DNA from: Octopus bimaculoides
Lineage: Eukaryota
Length of the DNA stretch: 64,000 bases
Direction: 5' to 3'
Assembly: GCF_001194135.2 (NCBI RefSeq)
Contig: NC_068984.1
Location: 54,428,878 to 54,492,877, forward strand
Shown here: positions 40,304 to 52,669 of the stretch, in pieces
Numbering within the stretch: position 1 is the stretch's first letter
Layout: each line of letters begins with the position of its first letter
Notes under the pieces: generated by a model
The model's input: the letters and a program-made list of their open reading frames with translations, nothing else
The model's database searches: none
What the model was told of the DNA's origin: nothing
Made by a program: the position numbers and the translations under genes

Positions 40304-40735
40304 TTGAAAGACGGTGACAATATTGTTGAAATATATCATTCTAAAGGATCCAACAAAACAGATTACCGATTAAACAAAGCCTCGGATATTAGAAATCAAA
40401 CGGAACATCATGAAAACAGAATCAAAAAGCTGCCAGATAAACATAATAAGAATACGATTAACTGCGCATGCCGTAAAAAATCCGCATGTCCACTCCTGAA
40501 CCAATGTGCTCAAAAAGACATAGTATACAAATGCACAATCTACACATCTCAACATATTTACGTGTACATAGGTGCCACTGAAAACCAATTCAAAGTCCGT
40601 TATCGAAACCACATCTCGTCATTCCGAAAAATAAATAGACGGCACACGACCTCGCTGGCAGACTTCATATGGAGACTGAAAGAATCAAAAATTAAATACC
40701 AAATAGAATAGTCAAGAATATAAAAACACATCCGT
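40304..40735 (+). mobile_element. Penelope-like element fragment: Cys-rich linker plus GIY-YIG endonuclease
   Basis: CACRKKSACPLLNQC..DIVYKC..YVYIGATENQFKVRYRNHISSFR..TSLADFIWRLKE is the typical PLE zinc-linker/GIY-YIG pattern. Confidence 0.85.
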
Positions 40736-40819
40736 ACTTACTCTTCCTTTTGACTCTTTTATTTTACTTTTTACATATATACACACACACACACACACAC
40801 ATATATATATTAGCATATA

Positions 40820-42058
40820 TTGGGCTATCCCATAAATAATGGGTTTTTTTCAATTTCATGAACTAAAAGTCGGAGGGGGAAGGGATAAACTACCTGCATC
40901 AACTTGTTATAAAAGCAGGTTGTAATTTAACTTTGGTTTTATTTTTAGTGTAAGTTTTGAAGAGTGCAGTTCTATTTTCAGTTATTTTTTCAAAGCTATA
41001 ATGAAAGTGACAAAGGAGCATATTCGGTATATATTGCTTTATGAGTTCAATGAAAGCAACAACGCAACGGAAAGTGCGAGGAATATTAATGCAGTATATG
41101 GGGATCGGACAATAAGCGTAAGCCGGTGGTTCCAGAAATTCTGAGCTGGAAACTACAGCCTAGAGAACAAACCTCGTCCTGGAAGATCTGTAGAGCTCGA
41201 CGAGGAACAAAATTCCAATCGTAACTGTTGAAGAACTAGCTTGGATTTGGTCATTCAACCATTCATCGACACCAGTGTGCCATAGGAAAAGTCAGCAAAT
41301 TGGGTCAATGGGTTCTTCAAAAACTTTCCGAGTCTAATCGCGCGCAGAAAGTGAATGTGTTCTCTTCTTTGCTGTCACGTCTCACGAATAAACTTTTTTT
41401 GGACCGAATAGTAACTGGTGACGAGAAATGGGGTTTCTATAAAAATGTCAAGGGCCGAAGAGAGTGGGTAGGGAAAGGAGAAACACCGGCATCCCAGGCT
41501 AAAAAAGGTCTTCACTCACGTAAGGTGTTATCTGTTTGGTGGGATATGGAAGGTTTAGTCCACTTTGAACTTTTAAACCCAAACTAAACGATAAGAAAGG
41601 GGATCTACGGTGAGTAGCTTGAGCGACTTAAATCAACGCGAGGAGGAAAAAGATCATCTTTGGTTTCAAGACGAAAGGTGTTCTTCCACCAGGTTAATGC
41701 TCGGCCACATACAGCAAGGATGACATTCCAAAGGCTGGAGCAGTTTGAATGGGAAACGATGCTCCGCCCACCATATTCACCGGACATTGCCCTTTCTGAT
41801 TACCATTTATTCCGCAATCTTCAAAATGATTTGGACGGCAAAAATATGAATTCTGTAGACGAGATCAGAACTGTACTGGCGGAGTATTTTTCATCACGGA
41901 CAACTGAATTTTGGAAGAGGGGCCTTGCAAGTTTACCAGATAGATGGAAGAGCATTGTAGAAAATGAAGGAGAGTCTATTTTAAATTAAAAAAGAGCTAT
42001 ATCTTAATTTTGAAAAAATAGAAGTAGTATAAAAAAATCGCATTATTTATGGGATGAC

Positions 42059-42062
<4 letters not shown>
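40820..42062 (+). mobile_element. Full-length mariner (DD34D) element with pseudogenized transposase
   Basis: TIRs TTGGGCTATCCCATAAATAATG and CATTATTTATGGGATGACCCAA with TA TSDs. ATG at 41001, IVTGDEKW, HQVNARPH (catalytic D changed to V), YSPDIALSDYHLF, stop at 41989; internal stops and deletions. Confidence 0.95.
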
Positions 42063-42098
<36 letters not shown>

Positions 42099-43312
42099 AT
42101 GAGAGGTAATGGTGTCAGTAAGACCCAAAGGTGTCAGGTAATGCTGAGTAAGTGGTATGGATAGACCATAGTTAAGCTCCTGGTTCGGTGATTATGCGAA
42201 TAAGGAGTCAGCGTGTGTATATAAAAAAATTAATATATATATTACACACACACACCACATATATATATACACAAATACACATACATACAAATATATATAT
42301 ATATGTGTGTATATCTATGTGTTTGACAACCGGTGTTGCTATGTTTACGTTCCTGTAACTAGCAGCTCATCAAAAGATATCGGTAGAAAAAGTACAAAGC
42401 TTAGAAAACAAACTGACAAACAAAAATGTAAGTACTGGGGTCGATTCATTCGACTAAAATTCCTCAAGGTGGTGCCCCAGCATGGCCACGATCTAATGAC
42501 TAAAACAAGTAAGATAATTTTTTGCGTTAGAAGTAGGAGTGTTCACGCTTGCTCTTGAGGGTTAATTCCCTTATTTATTTGTATTTTGGGGTCTACAGTA
42601 ACAGCAATGAGTAGGTGAAGAATAAAACACTCGAGTTGTTTCCCTTTAATTCAAACTATCAATAACGTTTTGTAGGAGAAAGGATAGTTTGAATAAAAAA
42701 AAAATAATCTTAAACTTACTTTTAATTAACAAATTTTGGTACTGCAAGTTAAAGACTATATCATTTGTTTTATAAATAATTCCAAGTAGGTTTTAATCCA
42801 ATTTTCAAATAGCAAGTTTTAAGTAATAACATTTATATTTTCTGACATAAAATACTAATGACTTTAGTTTTATAATTTGTTTGTAAAGGTTGGTATGCTG
42901 CAGAATTGTTTGGATATCAAAAGAGAAAAAGGAAGAACAAAAAATTAGTGATATTTTATCTGACTTATGACATTGTGAGTTCAAATCTTACTGAGGTCAA
43001 CTTTGCCTTTCATTCTTTTTTTCTGTTTTTTTTTTTGGGGGGGGGGGTCGTGGAGGTTTGATAAAATAAACTATTAATCTCCCTTAAAAATTGCTGATTT
43101 TGTGCTAAAATCAGAAACCATTAAGATGGCGAAGTGGCAGAATTTTGCAACGTCGAAAAAGAAGAAAAAAGAAAAAGATGTCGCAAAGTGTTTTGTTCTG
43201 GTTTGCTCCGAGATCAACTTTTCCTTTTCATACTTTTGGGGTCGATAAAATAAAGTACCACCCAGGTATTTTGGGTCGATAAAGTATCCCTCAAGTATTT
43301 TGCCTAAGGTAC

Positions 43313-43638
43313 ACTTGCTGAATCCTTGTTCTCCGATGTCCTCTATAGGTACCCCATTTAGTTTAGGGTTAGGTGGAATCGTTTTGGCAGGCATGTGTGA
43401 AAAGCTTACGTCGGATTACCACGAACTTGTCACGAACAGAGAATCTGGGCTACTGACGTTTGTTTGAATCTAGTAATAGTGGTTGTGATGCAGCAGCTAG
43501 TAGCTGTAACTACATAGGAAAGTGTTTATTGCTTACACTTGTTGTTGCTCTTTGCTAGAAATATAACTTCGTCTCGAAGAATTCTTCGTACAAGGTCAGA
43601 CAACTGAAAGCAACATGACATTAGGAGGGTTATTCTGT
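43313..43638 (-). pseudogene. PHPT1: Inverted partial duplicate of the PHPT1-like 5' UTR and first 26 codons
   Basis: Reverse complement of 4674-4999; only 2 substitutions seen in the roughly 300 bp core, plus several mismatches at the ends. Confidence 0.97.
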
Positions 43639-43705
43639 TTGAACTAGAGAAAAAGTGAGTGAGTGAGTGAGAGAGAGAGAGAAACATTGAACGAATATGT
43701 ACATA

Positions 43706-44040
43706 TAGACGTAGGCGTGACTTTATGGCAAGAAGTTTGCTTCCCAACCACATGATTTCAGTCCCACTGCGTGACACCTTGAGTATGTGTCTTCTACTAA
43801 AGCCTTGCAAATGAATTTGGTAGACGGAAACTGAAAGAAGCCCGTCGTACACACACACGTGTGTGCGTGCGTGTGTTTGTTCCCCCACCACTACTTGACA
43901 AGCGGTGTTGTGTGTTTACATCTTCGTAACTTAGTGGTTCGGCCTGAGAATCGATAGAATAAGTACCAAGCTTAAAAAAGACAAAATAAGAACCGGGGTT
44001 GATTCAGTCTAATGCCTGAAACAAGTAGAAGGTAAAAGAA
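43706..44040 (+). mobile_element. SINE family A copy
   Basis: Homologous to 25665-26066. Confidence 0.85.
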
Positions 44041-44049
44041 ATGAACTGA

Positions 44050-46633
44050 CAAATAGTCAATGTAATCTGCATATTATTGATTAGAATTTCTAATTTCCAA
44101 CAAATCAATATTGTTACCAATATTAAAAAGAAAAAAAATTGTTGGAAGACGAAGAACAACGTTGATGACCTTCCAGATGAGTCAATGATGGTCAGTTCAT
44201 GCACAAAAGAAGAAACATGGCGAAAAATCGGTAAGCCGAAATTATTTATATATAAAAAAATGTAGCATATGGTGTTACAAGAAAGAAACTATATTTCATC
44301 GGCGAATGTATTTGCAACGTAACTTTTCGAGATGAAACGAAAAGAACAATCATTTATGTATTGAAAAAAATTACTAAACCTATTTGGCACAGAATGTATA
44401 GAGTTATTTAAAATGTGGGATACTCCCATTAGTGTTCTCTGTGAAAATGTAGTCGGCACGGTTAAAAGTTCGAATGAAGTCGAATAATTGAAACAAAAAA
44501 TTAAAAAAATGTTTCCAAAAAATTGTTTCTTGGAAGGATTAGGCTGTTGCACCAAAACAAAAGCGAGGATCGTAGTAAAAGAAAAGGCAACGCCTGTTTT
44601 TAGGCCCAAACGGAATGTGCTGCTTGCGGCGTTTGACTAGGTCAATAAGAACTTGAAAGACTAGAAAGTTTAGTTATAACTGAAAAATTCGACCATTCAG
44701 ACTGGGCAGCTCCGACGGTTTTAGTCGAACACAATTATTCATTACCAAGCCCAGAAGAAGTGTTTTCAAAACTGAATGGAGGAAAAGTTTTCTCGAAGTT
44801 AGACCTCTCGGAGACCTATCTACAGATACAGGTAGAGGAAGATTGCGCACACCTTTTAACAATCAACACACACACCGTAGATTGTATAAATTCAAGCGGT
44901 TTCCTTTGGGAGTAAAAGTGGCACCTGCTATAAATAAATGAATACAGGTTTAGACTAACAGAGGAAAAATGTGAAGATGGCAGCCAAAAGGCTATAGCTC
45001 ATGCATCAAGGACGCTATTGCCAGCGAAAAAAAAAAATATAGCCAAATTGAAAAATAGGCACTGGCGATTATATTTAGAATAAAAAAGTTCCACAGGTCT
45101 ATACATGGTAGGCGGTTTAGACTACAAACAAACCATCGCCCGTTGCTAACGATTGATGGATTCAAGAAAGGAATCCCAGAACATACAGCAAACAGGTTGC
45201 TGCAATGGAGCACCATACTACCAAACTAAGACTACACAATGGAATATTTACCTTCAAAAAAGCTAGGACATGCTGACGGCCTATCTAGGTTAATATCCAG
45301 AAATAGCAAACCATTCGAGGACACAGTAAGAGCCGAAGGGGAGATGAAACACATAGTGTGGAACATTGTACGAGAGTTACCAATAACTCTGGAAGAGATA
45401 AAGCGACACGCGTCAAAAGGTAGGTTCATTAATGAAAAAAAAAAAAAAAACCCCTCTACAGTCAGCCAAAGAAAACAAAAATAGGTTCGGTAAGAAAAAA
45501 CAGTAATAGATAAACATGCATTCAACATGCGACGGCGTACTGATGTATGGTCAAAAGGTAGTGATACCTGAAACTTTACAAAAAAAGAATGTTGAAAATT
45601 CCATATTGGACATCCGGGAAAAAAGCGCTTATGCGCAGTTATGTGTATTGGCCGAAGATGGACAAGGAAGTTGAAAATGTAGTAAAAGACTGCAGAGGAT
45701 GTTGCTCTGGCAGCGAAATTTCCTACTCAATAATGGCCAAAAGTAAAAAAACCATGTTCAAGATTACTTATCGATTTTGTGAGGCTGTTAAATGGTTATT
45801 ACTACTTAGTAGTAGTTGACAGTTTTACAAAATAGCTGGAAATTGTTAAGTGCAAAAGTCCAACTGCCTCGATTTTAATAAATTTTTTTGCATGAATTAT
45901 TCGCAAAATTTGGCATCTCGGACGTGATTGTATCTGATAATGGAACACAATCTGTGTCTAGTGAATTTAGAAAATTTTGCGAAATGTTCATCGTAGAACA
46001 TAAAAAGATAGCGCCTTACCGTCCCAGATCAAATGGACAGGCAGAGCGTTTTGTGGACATTTTAAAAAGAACTTTGAGAAAAGAAAACAAGGAAGGCACC
46101 GACGAAGTTGCTCTGCAGCAATTCCTAAGGGTATACAGGGTGACACCGAACCCCAATACACCAGCAGGAAGCTCACCAGCAGAACTGATGTTTGTGAGGA
46201 AGGTGAAATCAGTTTTTAATAGACTGTTAACTGGCAAAGAAAGAATAAGTACCAGGAAAGACAATCCCAAATTTTTGAAAATTGCTGATAAGGTGTACAT
46301 GAGGTCGTATAAAAACGGAAAACAGTACTGGGAAGAAGGCAAAATTACAAAGTACATAGGGAAAATGATGTACGGAATTAAAAGTAGAAAAGGTATTGAA
46401 AAAAGATACAGAAAGCAATTGAAGAAGAAATTCATAGAAAATAAACCAGACAGATTAGAAGAACCTATGGAATGGCTGTATGACACATTCCAGGTACCAA
46501 CACCGTTACAGGTGGTTGAACCCACGCGTACAAGTGGAAGAAAAAAGAACACAGAGTTCCTAAAAATAGAAGCCAAAAAGAAAAAAAAAATATTAAGTTG
46601 CAAAAAAGAAAAACCGCTAAAGAAGAGGAGGGG
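44050..46633 (+). mobile_element. Ty3/Gypsy (Mag-like) pol remnant: protease, RT, RNase H, integrase
   Basis: ETWRKIGKP; LPSPEEVFSKLNGGKVFSKLDLS; AHASRTLLPAEKKYSQIEK; VSDNGTQ..SNGQAERFV; PPT AGAAGAGGAGGGG at 46621-46633. Confidence 0.93.
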
Positions 46634-46846
46634 TGAATAAAGTAAAATAAAATTACTTGCTTCCCAAAGTTTTTTGTTGGAGTCTTCTTCCAGTGTTCCC
46701 TGTTGGAGTCAGTGTCAATTACCGTGTTACATATGAGTTCGAGTTACCGTCATAGTAGACGCTTCAAAGTCATTGTCTTGCGGAGCTATTAGCGAAAGCA
46801 CGATAGACGAGTCAAAGAAAATAAGACTCGGAATACCGACACAACA
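46634..46846 (+). mobile_element. Putative Gypsy LTR (TG...CA, 213 bp) followed by a PBS at 46853-46865
   Basis: Begins with TG immediately after the PPT and ends ACAACA; followed by TGGCGACAAGAAT, an 11/13 match to the tRNA-Ser(GCU)-type PBS TGGCGACGAGGAT. Confidence 0.65.
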
Positions 46847-46974
46847 TAATAGTGGCGACAAGAATATTACAGTGCTGACAATAACATGCAAGTGGACTAG
46901 GATCTCACGTTATAAGAGATTGGGTAAATCATTTAGATGAGGATCTCTCTATATGATACTACTATGTCTCTTAA

Positions 46975-47349
46975 CTTTTACTTGTTTCGTCATTGGAGTG
47001 CAGCCATCCTGGGACATCAACTTGAAGAGTTTTAGTCGATCAAATCGACGTCAGTATTTATTTTTTTAGCCGGGTACTTATTCTATCGGTGCCTTTTGCT
47101 GAACCGCTATTTCATTGGGACGTAAGCAAACCAACACCAGCTGTGAAGAGGTGGTGGACACGTGCACACACGCACATACACATGTGTACGACAGATTCTT
47201 TCAGCTTGAATCTAGCAAATTTACTTACAAGGCTTTGGTTGGCTCGGGGCTATAGCAGAAGACACTTGCCAAAGGTGCCGCGTAGTGGGACTGAACCCAA
47301 GGACTCATTGTTGGGAAGCAAGCGTCTTACAGCACGACTACGCCTGCGC
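46975..47349 (-). mobile_element. SINE family A copy
   Basis: Reverse complement of the family A sequence, CpGs retained. Confidence 0.9.
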
Positions 47350-50300
47350 TTGTTGTCACTGTTTTGTTATTTGTATTTGTGTAACATTTCTCCGTTTTTT
47401 TCGTCCTTGCTTTCGTATACATTCGCTTGCTTTCTTCCGAAGAATCTAGTGTTCTTAGCTTATATTTTCTTGGTCAGATTGGAGCAGTCTCAAGTATAAC
47501 CGGCCGAAACTGAAAGGATGATCTGGAACTCGACTGACAATAGAAGGCTCCGAATGACCCGTCCTTGTTTTTTCTTGTCTTTCTTTGAATCCTCTAACTG
47601 TCCGGATGTTTTGTTGTCGCCTGTTACGTTCTTGCTCCATTTTTTATTTATACATATAGCGGCGTACGTACACTTTTGGTCTCATATATATATATATANN
47701 NNNNNNNNNNNNNNNNNNNNNNNNNNTATATATATCAAAGATCTTACAAAAAATATGATACATCTATATATGAAAACTGGAAGATCTTGTAGGAATGACA
47801 GAAGGATACGAGATTATTGGATCCATGAGGTAACTTTCTGTCCAGCCATAACCAACGACTACATAATATATAGCGGATCTTGTGTGTAGAAATAGATGTA
47901 CAACTGCTACTGTTAAATATAATGTTCCACGTAAATTACCATCGTCCAGTCTGTTTCAGTGGTAATCAACTACTATACTTAATAGTATTACTAATGATGA
48001 ACTATAGTGCAAATATAGGAGAAATTAAGATAAACATAAGGTTATATTACAATTGAGACATTAGTGCTCTGCAACATAAGGCAGTAACGTGTTCCCTGGT
48101 GATCAGTGGTAGTGAAACATCCAATTGCAGTTGAAACACCCAATGCAGAGCTCCAAAGGAACCACAATGATGAAACGTACGTGGGAACTAACAATCCTTT
48201 CTACTAAAGGCACAAGGTATGAAATTTGATGTGAGAGGAATAGTCAATCACATCAATCTCAGTTCGCAACTAACACTTATTTCATCGACTCCGAAAGGAT
48301 GAAAGGCAAAGTCGACCTCGGTGGAATTTGAACTTAGAACGTAATGACGGACGAAATGTCGCAAAGTATTTTACCCTACGCGCTCACAATTCTACCAGCT
48401 CACTGCCTTAAGACGTAGGAACTAATAATAATATAAACTTGTGTTTATCTTAATTTCTCATTTGTGTTTGTGTGTGTGTGTGCAAGCGTGTGTTTGTGTT
48501 AAGAGTCATGTCTCCGTCCGTTTGTCTATCCGTTTATCCAACTGTCATACCACACCGTATTTCAATGATTTCATAACTTGATAAATGTATTATCACATCA
48601 TTTCAACCATGATGTTTTCAACAGAAAAAATTAAAAGAAAGTAATTTTGCTTATATTTTTCCTTTGCTTTATATTTCATTTGAAAAATTTAACACATTTC
48701 TGTTATGATGTCATAATGTGCTGATTACTCTTATAATGAGACTAGAAGGTTACTGATACCTGTGGAGAATCTCCTCCCATTACAATAATTTTTTGTAGTC
48801 TTAGGATTCTGGAACTCGAAGAAGAAGAGGCTTACAAGTGAGTGCAATTCAATGGTTGTTTATTTGGTTCTCATTTCATGGGGTTTGCTCCCGGCGACCA
48901 TCTGTATGTCAGCGCGTAGTTCGTTAGCTCAGTTCGTGAAAGGTACATTACCTCTGGAGATAATGGGTAAAGTTAGAGCCGGTTAAGAATCCGCTGTGAG
49001 CTGCTAGATTGCTGTGTTGTTCAACGTGAGTGCCAACGCGAGAGAAGAGAACGGGTTGCTCAATAACCTCCTTAAATAGATGTTGCCCATGAGAGCCTCG
49101 CTGTGGTCTCGAGCATAGCAAACATGGTTGTAGGCGAGATCTCGCTCTTGTCTCGGACCTGGCAATGGCCGCCGGCGTGATCTCGGTTTCAGGGTTAGGG
49201 TTATGAGCATTTTTGCCAAATTTGGTGAAAATCTGTTCAATACACCGCCACAAATTTTTCACCAAATTTGGCCAAAATACTCATAACCCTAAAGCTAAAA
49301 CCAGTACAAACGCACGAACGATGTCATAAATAACAGTACCGCCGATAGTTGTTGTTGACAAACAACGGCAGTAATTTTATTCAAGGGAAAAGATCCCATT
49401 ACACCGCCACAACGTGTTGTTGACAAACCACAGCAGTAATTGTTTTCACCTCAATAGACGTCAGTGATTGGTTGATATTGCCGAAATACACAACTTTTAA
49501 CATGAAATAACTTCGAATATAAACATTTTTCTCTGTTCTATAAGACAAAATATACAAGTATACGAAGTTTTAAAGTGTTTCGGTGGAAAACACACTAAAT
49601 AAAAACTAAATAAAAAATGGTGTCCGCCAAATTAGAAAGATCCAGTATGGCTACCGTTTGTTAATTTCAAACTTCCCAAAGATGAGGGTTTTCCAGATCC
49701 CCCCCCCCCAGTGCCCCTTTGCTCCAAAACGTCCTCCTGTTGCTCCAAATGCACCCCGTTGAGTACCTTTGACTGAGACCATAAATAGTAGAATTCACAC
49801 GTGAAACATTTGTGAATACATATTCTTAGAAGGATGAATAGAAAATTGGGAAGAGCCAAATGATTATTGAATGTTCTGATTAATGTCAATCATGCCATTT
49901 GTCTTACACTAATTGTCAGTTTATTTAATGTTTTATGTCTATAGAACATTTTCAATAATTATAATGGTATTCCTCACATTAAGTTACAATGCTTGAGCTC
50001 TATAATTTTCGCCATCCCAACTACGTGACTGTAAAGCTAATCAGTAGAGAAGCGGTACTCTGCATAGAAAGTACAATGCAACAAGTCATTAGTGACTTAG
50101 TATTTTGAAAGTGAATGCTTGCTAAGCAGTCTGTAGAGAAGTAGGAAAAGTCCATCTACGCTTTTATTCATGAGACATTCCAACAGTTATATAAAGTTCC
50201 TCAAACAGATATGGTGCGTTGTTGAAAGGTTAATAAATGTAAGTCTACTGTAAGATGACTGTGAAAGTATATTGTAAAGAAGTGATAGAGTACGCTGTAC

Positions 50301-50789
50301 AAGCGACGTACTCCAGTGGGAACGCAGTCCAAAGCGAAACAATATAAAGTCATTCTACACTTTGTTTTGTAAATATCATAAATTGTTAATAGCGGGACTG
50401 AGTCAGTCCCATTGCTGCTGGTAGTAGCAGGAATAAAGAATTTGCTAATCCAACCTGGAATACGGTATTAGCGGTAAACAATTTTGAAAGGAATGTACGG
50501 TATGAAATTAACTAGCACATTAGACAAACATACTAACAGAGAAAGTTGGCGTCGCAACAGGTTAAAAATGAAGTTCAAATATAGTTGTCCTTAGATACGA
50601 TGAATGTAAAGAGACTTTAGTAGAAAGTGGGTTATACATCTTTAGATGTATACCTGACTTTCCTACTATAAAAATTAGAATATGACGGAACGCTGATTTC
50701 CAGACTATCAACTTAAACAACACTTTATTCAGGTGGTAAATATATACATCTTTAGTTCTTGTTGTTACAGCTTCTGTGTGTATAAGCAT

Positions 50790-50990
50790 AGTTGTTGGGA
50801 CGTTGTTCTGTAGTTGTGAGCGAGCTGTCGAGTGTAAGTCCGAAAGATGTAGAGAGACAGCTTAAATACGTCCATGCTCAATCGCTGGCCAGCGAGAAAG
50901 AGAATGAATTGAGCGGGAACGCTTGGTTGTTTAATTCTACGCATGCGCACGGCGTTACTACAAGACGATTAGTTTGTGCGTATGTGTATG
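50790..50990. promoter_or_regulatory. CpG-rich promoter-like patch with NRF1/ewg-type site
   Basis: ACGCATGCGCA at 50939-50949, perfect palindrome TCGCTGGCCAGCGA at 50882-50895, minus-strand TATTTAA at 50868-50862, and no recognisable repeat. Confidence 0.4.
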
Positions 50991-51588
50991 CATGTGTGGA
51001 GAGAGAAGGAGAGAGATATGAAATAGGTAGGCAAGCGATAGACAGATGGATAGAGCTCTTGTACGCATAGAAAAAAAAAGACTTAGGAGAGAGGAAAAAG
51101 CTATTTCTTTATTAGAGTCTTTCTAATTGTCTTCTTTCCTCTATCGTTATTATTGTTTCTGTTTCACTGTCTCCATCTAATTACACCTCTCTTTCGCATT
51201 TGCGTTTCTATTACTCATTTCTCCAAGTAAACCTTCTCACGTAGGGTATCTATATTTCCGTTTATTAAACAGGGAAAATACTGTGAGTACAATTCATAGA
51301 CAATTTCTTAATGGAGTCATGACGAGACAACATGAACTGTGACAATATAATAATAACGAAGGAAATTGTTGCATACAGTGTTCAGGTGCACTTGTGACTG
51401 TAGAATAATCCTAACCAGTCGCCCCCAGGTCTGCTCGTTATTGGATGGAATGATCCTAGAAATGACAACGAATGCGTTAAATAAGTTAAAGAATTGATAT
51501 GAACACGAATTATAATGATTTTGTCCCTTTGCATAACAAATGCAACACCAACATGCATACATAAAAAAAAATATATATATATATATAT

Positions 51589-51802
51589 TACTCTTTTACT
51601 TGTTTCAGTCATTTGACTGCGGCCATGCTGGAGCACCACCTTTTAGTCGAGCAAATCAACCCCAGGACTCATTCTTTGGAAGCCTAGTACTTATTCTATC
51701 GGTATCTTTATCCGAACCGCTAAGTTACGGGGACATAAACAGACCAGCATCGGTTGTCAAGCGATGTTGGGGAGACAAACACACACAGACACCCACACAC
51801 AC

Positions 51803-51834
<32 letters not shown>

Positions 51835-51998
51835 ACGACGGGCTTCTTTCGGTTTCCATCTACCAAATCCACTCACAAGGCTTTGGTCGGCCCGAGGCTA
51901 TAGTAGAAGACACTTGCCCAAGGTGCCACGCAGTGGGACTGAACCCGGAACTATGTGGTTCGTAAAGAAGCTACTTACCACACAGCGACTCCTACGCC
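51589..51998 (-). mobile_element. SINE family A, young full-length copy
   Basis: Close match to the reverse complement of 25665-26066. Confidence 0.92.
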
Positions 51999-52413
51999 TT
52001 GTGAGCTTTTATGTATTCACACGTCCTTGATTCTATATTGATTATTCTTTTTTATTTATACGTGTGAGTGAAAGACATGTACTAAGGACAAACATAGAAT
52101 TAAACATTTATTGTATATATTTGCATACGCAATTTATACCCCCTCACTATCCGACAAGAGCGCGAATTATGAAGCAAAACAAATTCGCAGTTGAGAGTTA
52201 GCTACCTTTATATTGATCTTTTCCATCGAAATCAAATAGATTCAGCATTTTGCCAACCAATGAATATTACGGATAATTTATTGTAAAGTGGAAATTAATT
52301 AAATTTACCAAGTTATATGACGCAACTACTGAACTAATCACTCTAGTTTCTTTTTATATCAATGTAATTTCTTTAAGGAGGCTTTTAACTATATATATAT
52401 ATATATATATACG

Positions 52414-52483
<70 letters not shown>

Positions 52484-52669
52484 GTGGTGATTTGTTAACA
52501 ACTTAATGTGGCAGTCTCAGGAAAGGGAAAACTGATACTGCTATTTAACCCCAGGAAACGCTGTTTCCTGCTGGACATGTGACACAAGCGTTTTGTCTCC
52601 TTATGTTTTCAAACAGGGGAGAGGGTTAAATAACAATTCTACTAGCTTGCCACATGAGGATTAAGGCCA

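Noticed and set aside
43150-43313. Idea that the upstream SINE B drives Pol III antisense transcription through the PHPT1 copy
   Set aside because: The SINE head is degenerate and several TTTT terminators lie before the junction.
45888-46640. 250 aa integrase ORF as a possible domesticated gene
   Set aside because: It is continuous with frameshifted RT/RNase H relics and a PPT, has lost its zinc-finger region to frameshifts, and has a low-complexity Lys-rich tail.
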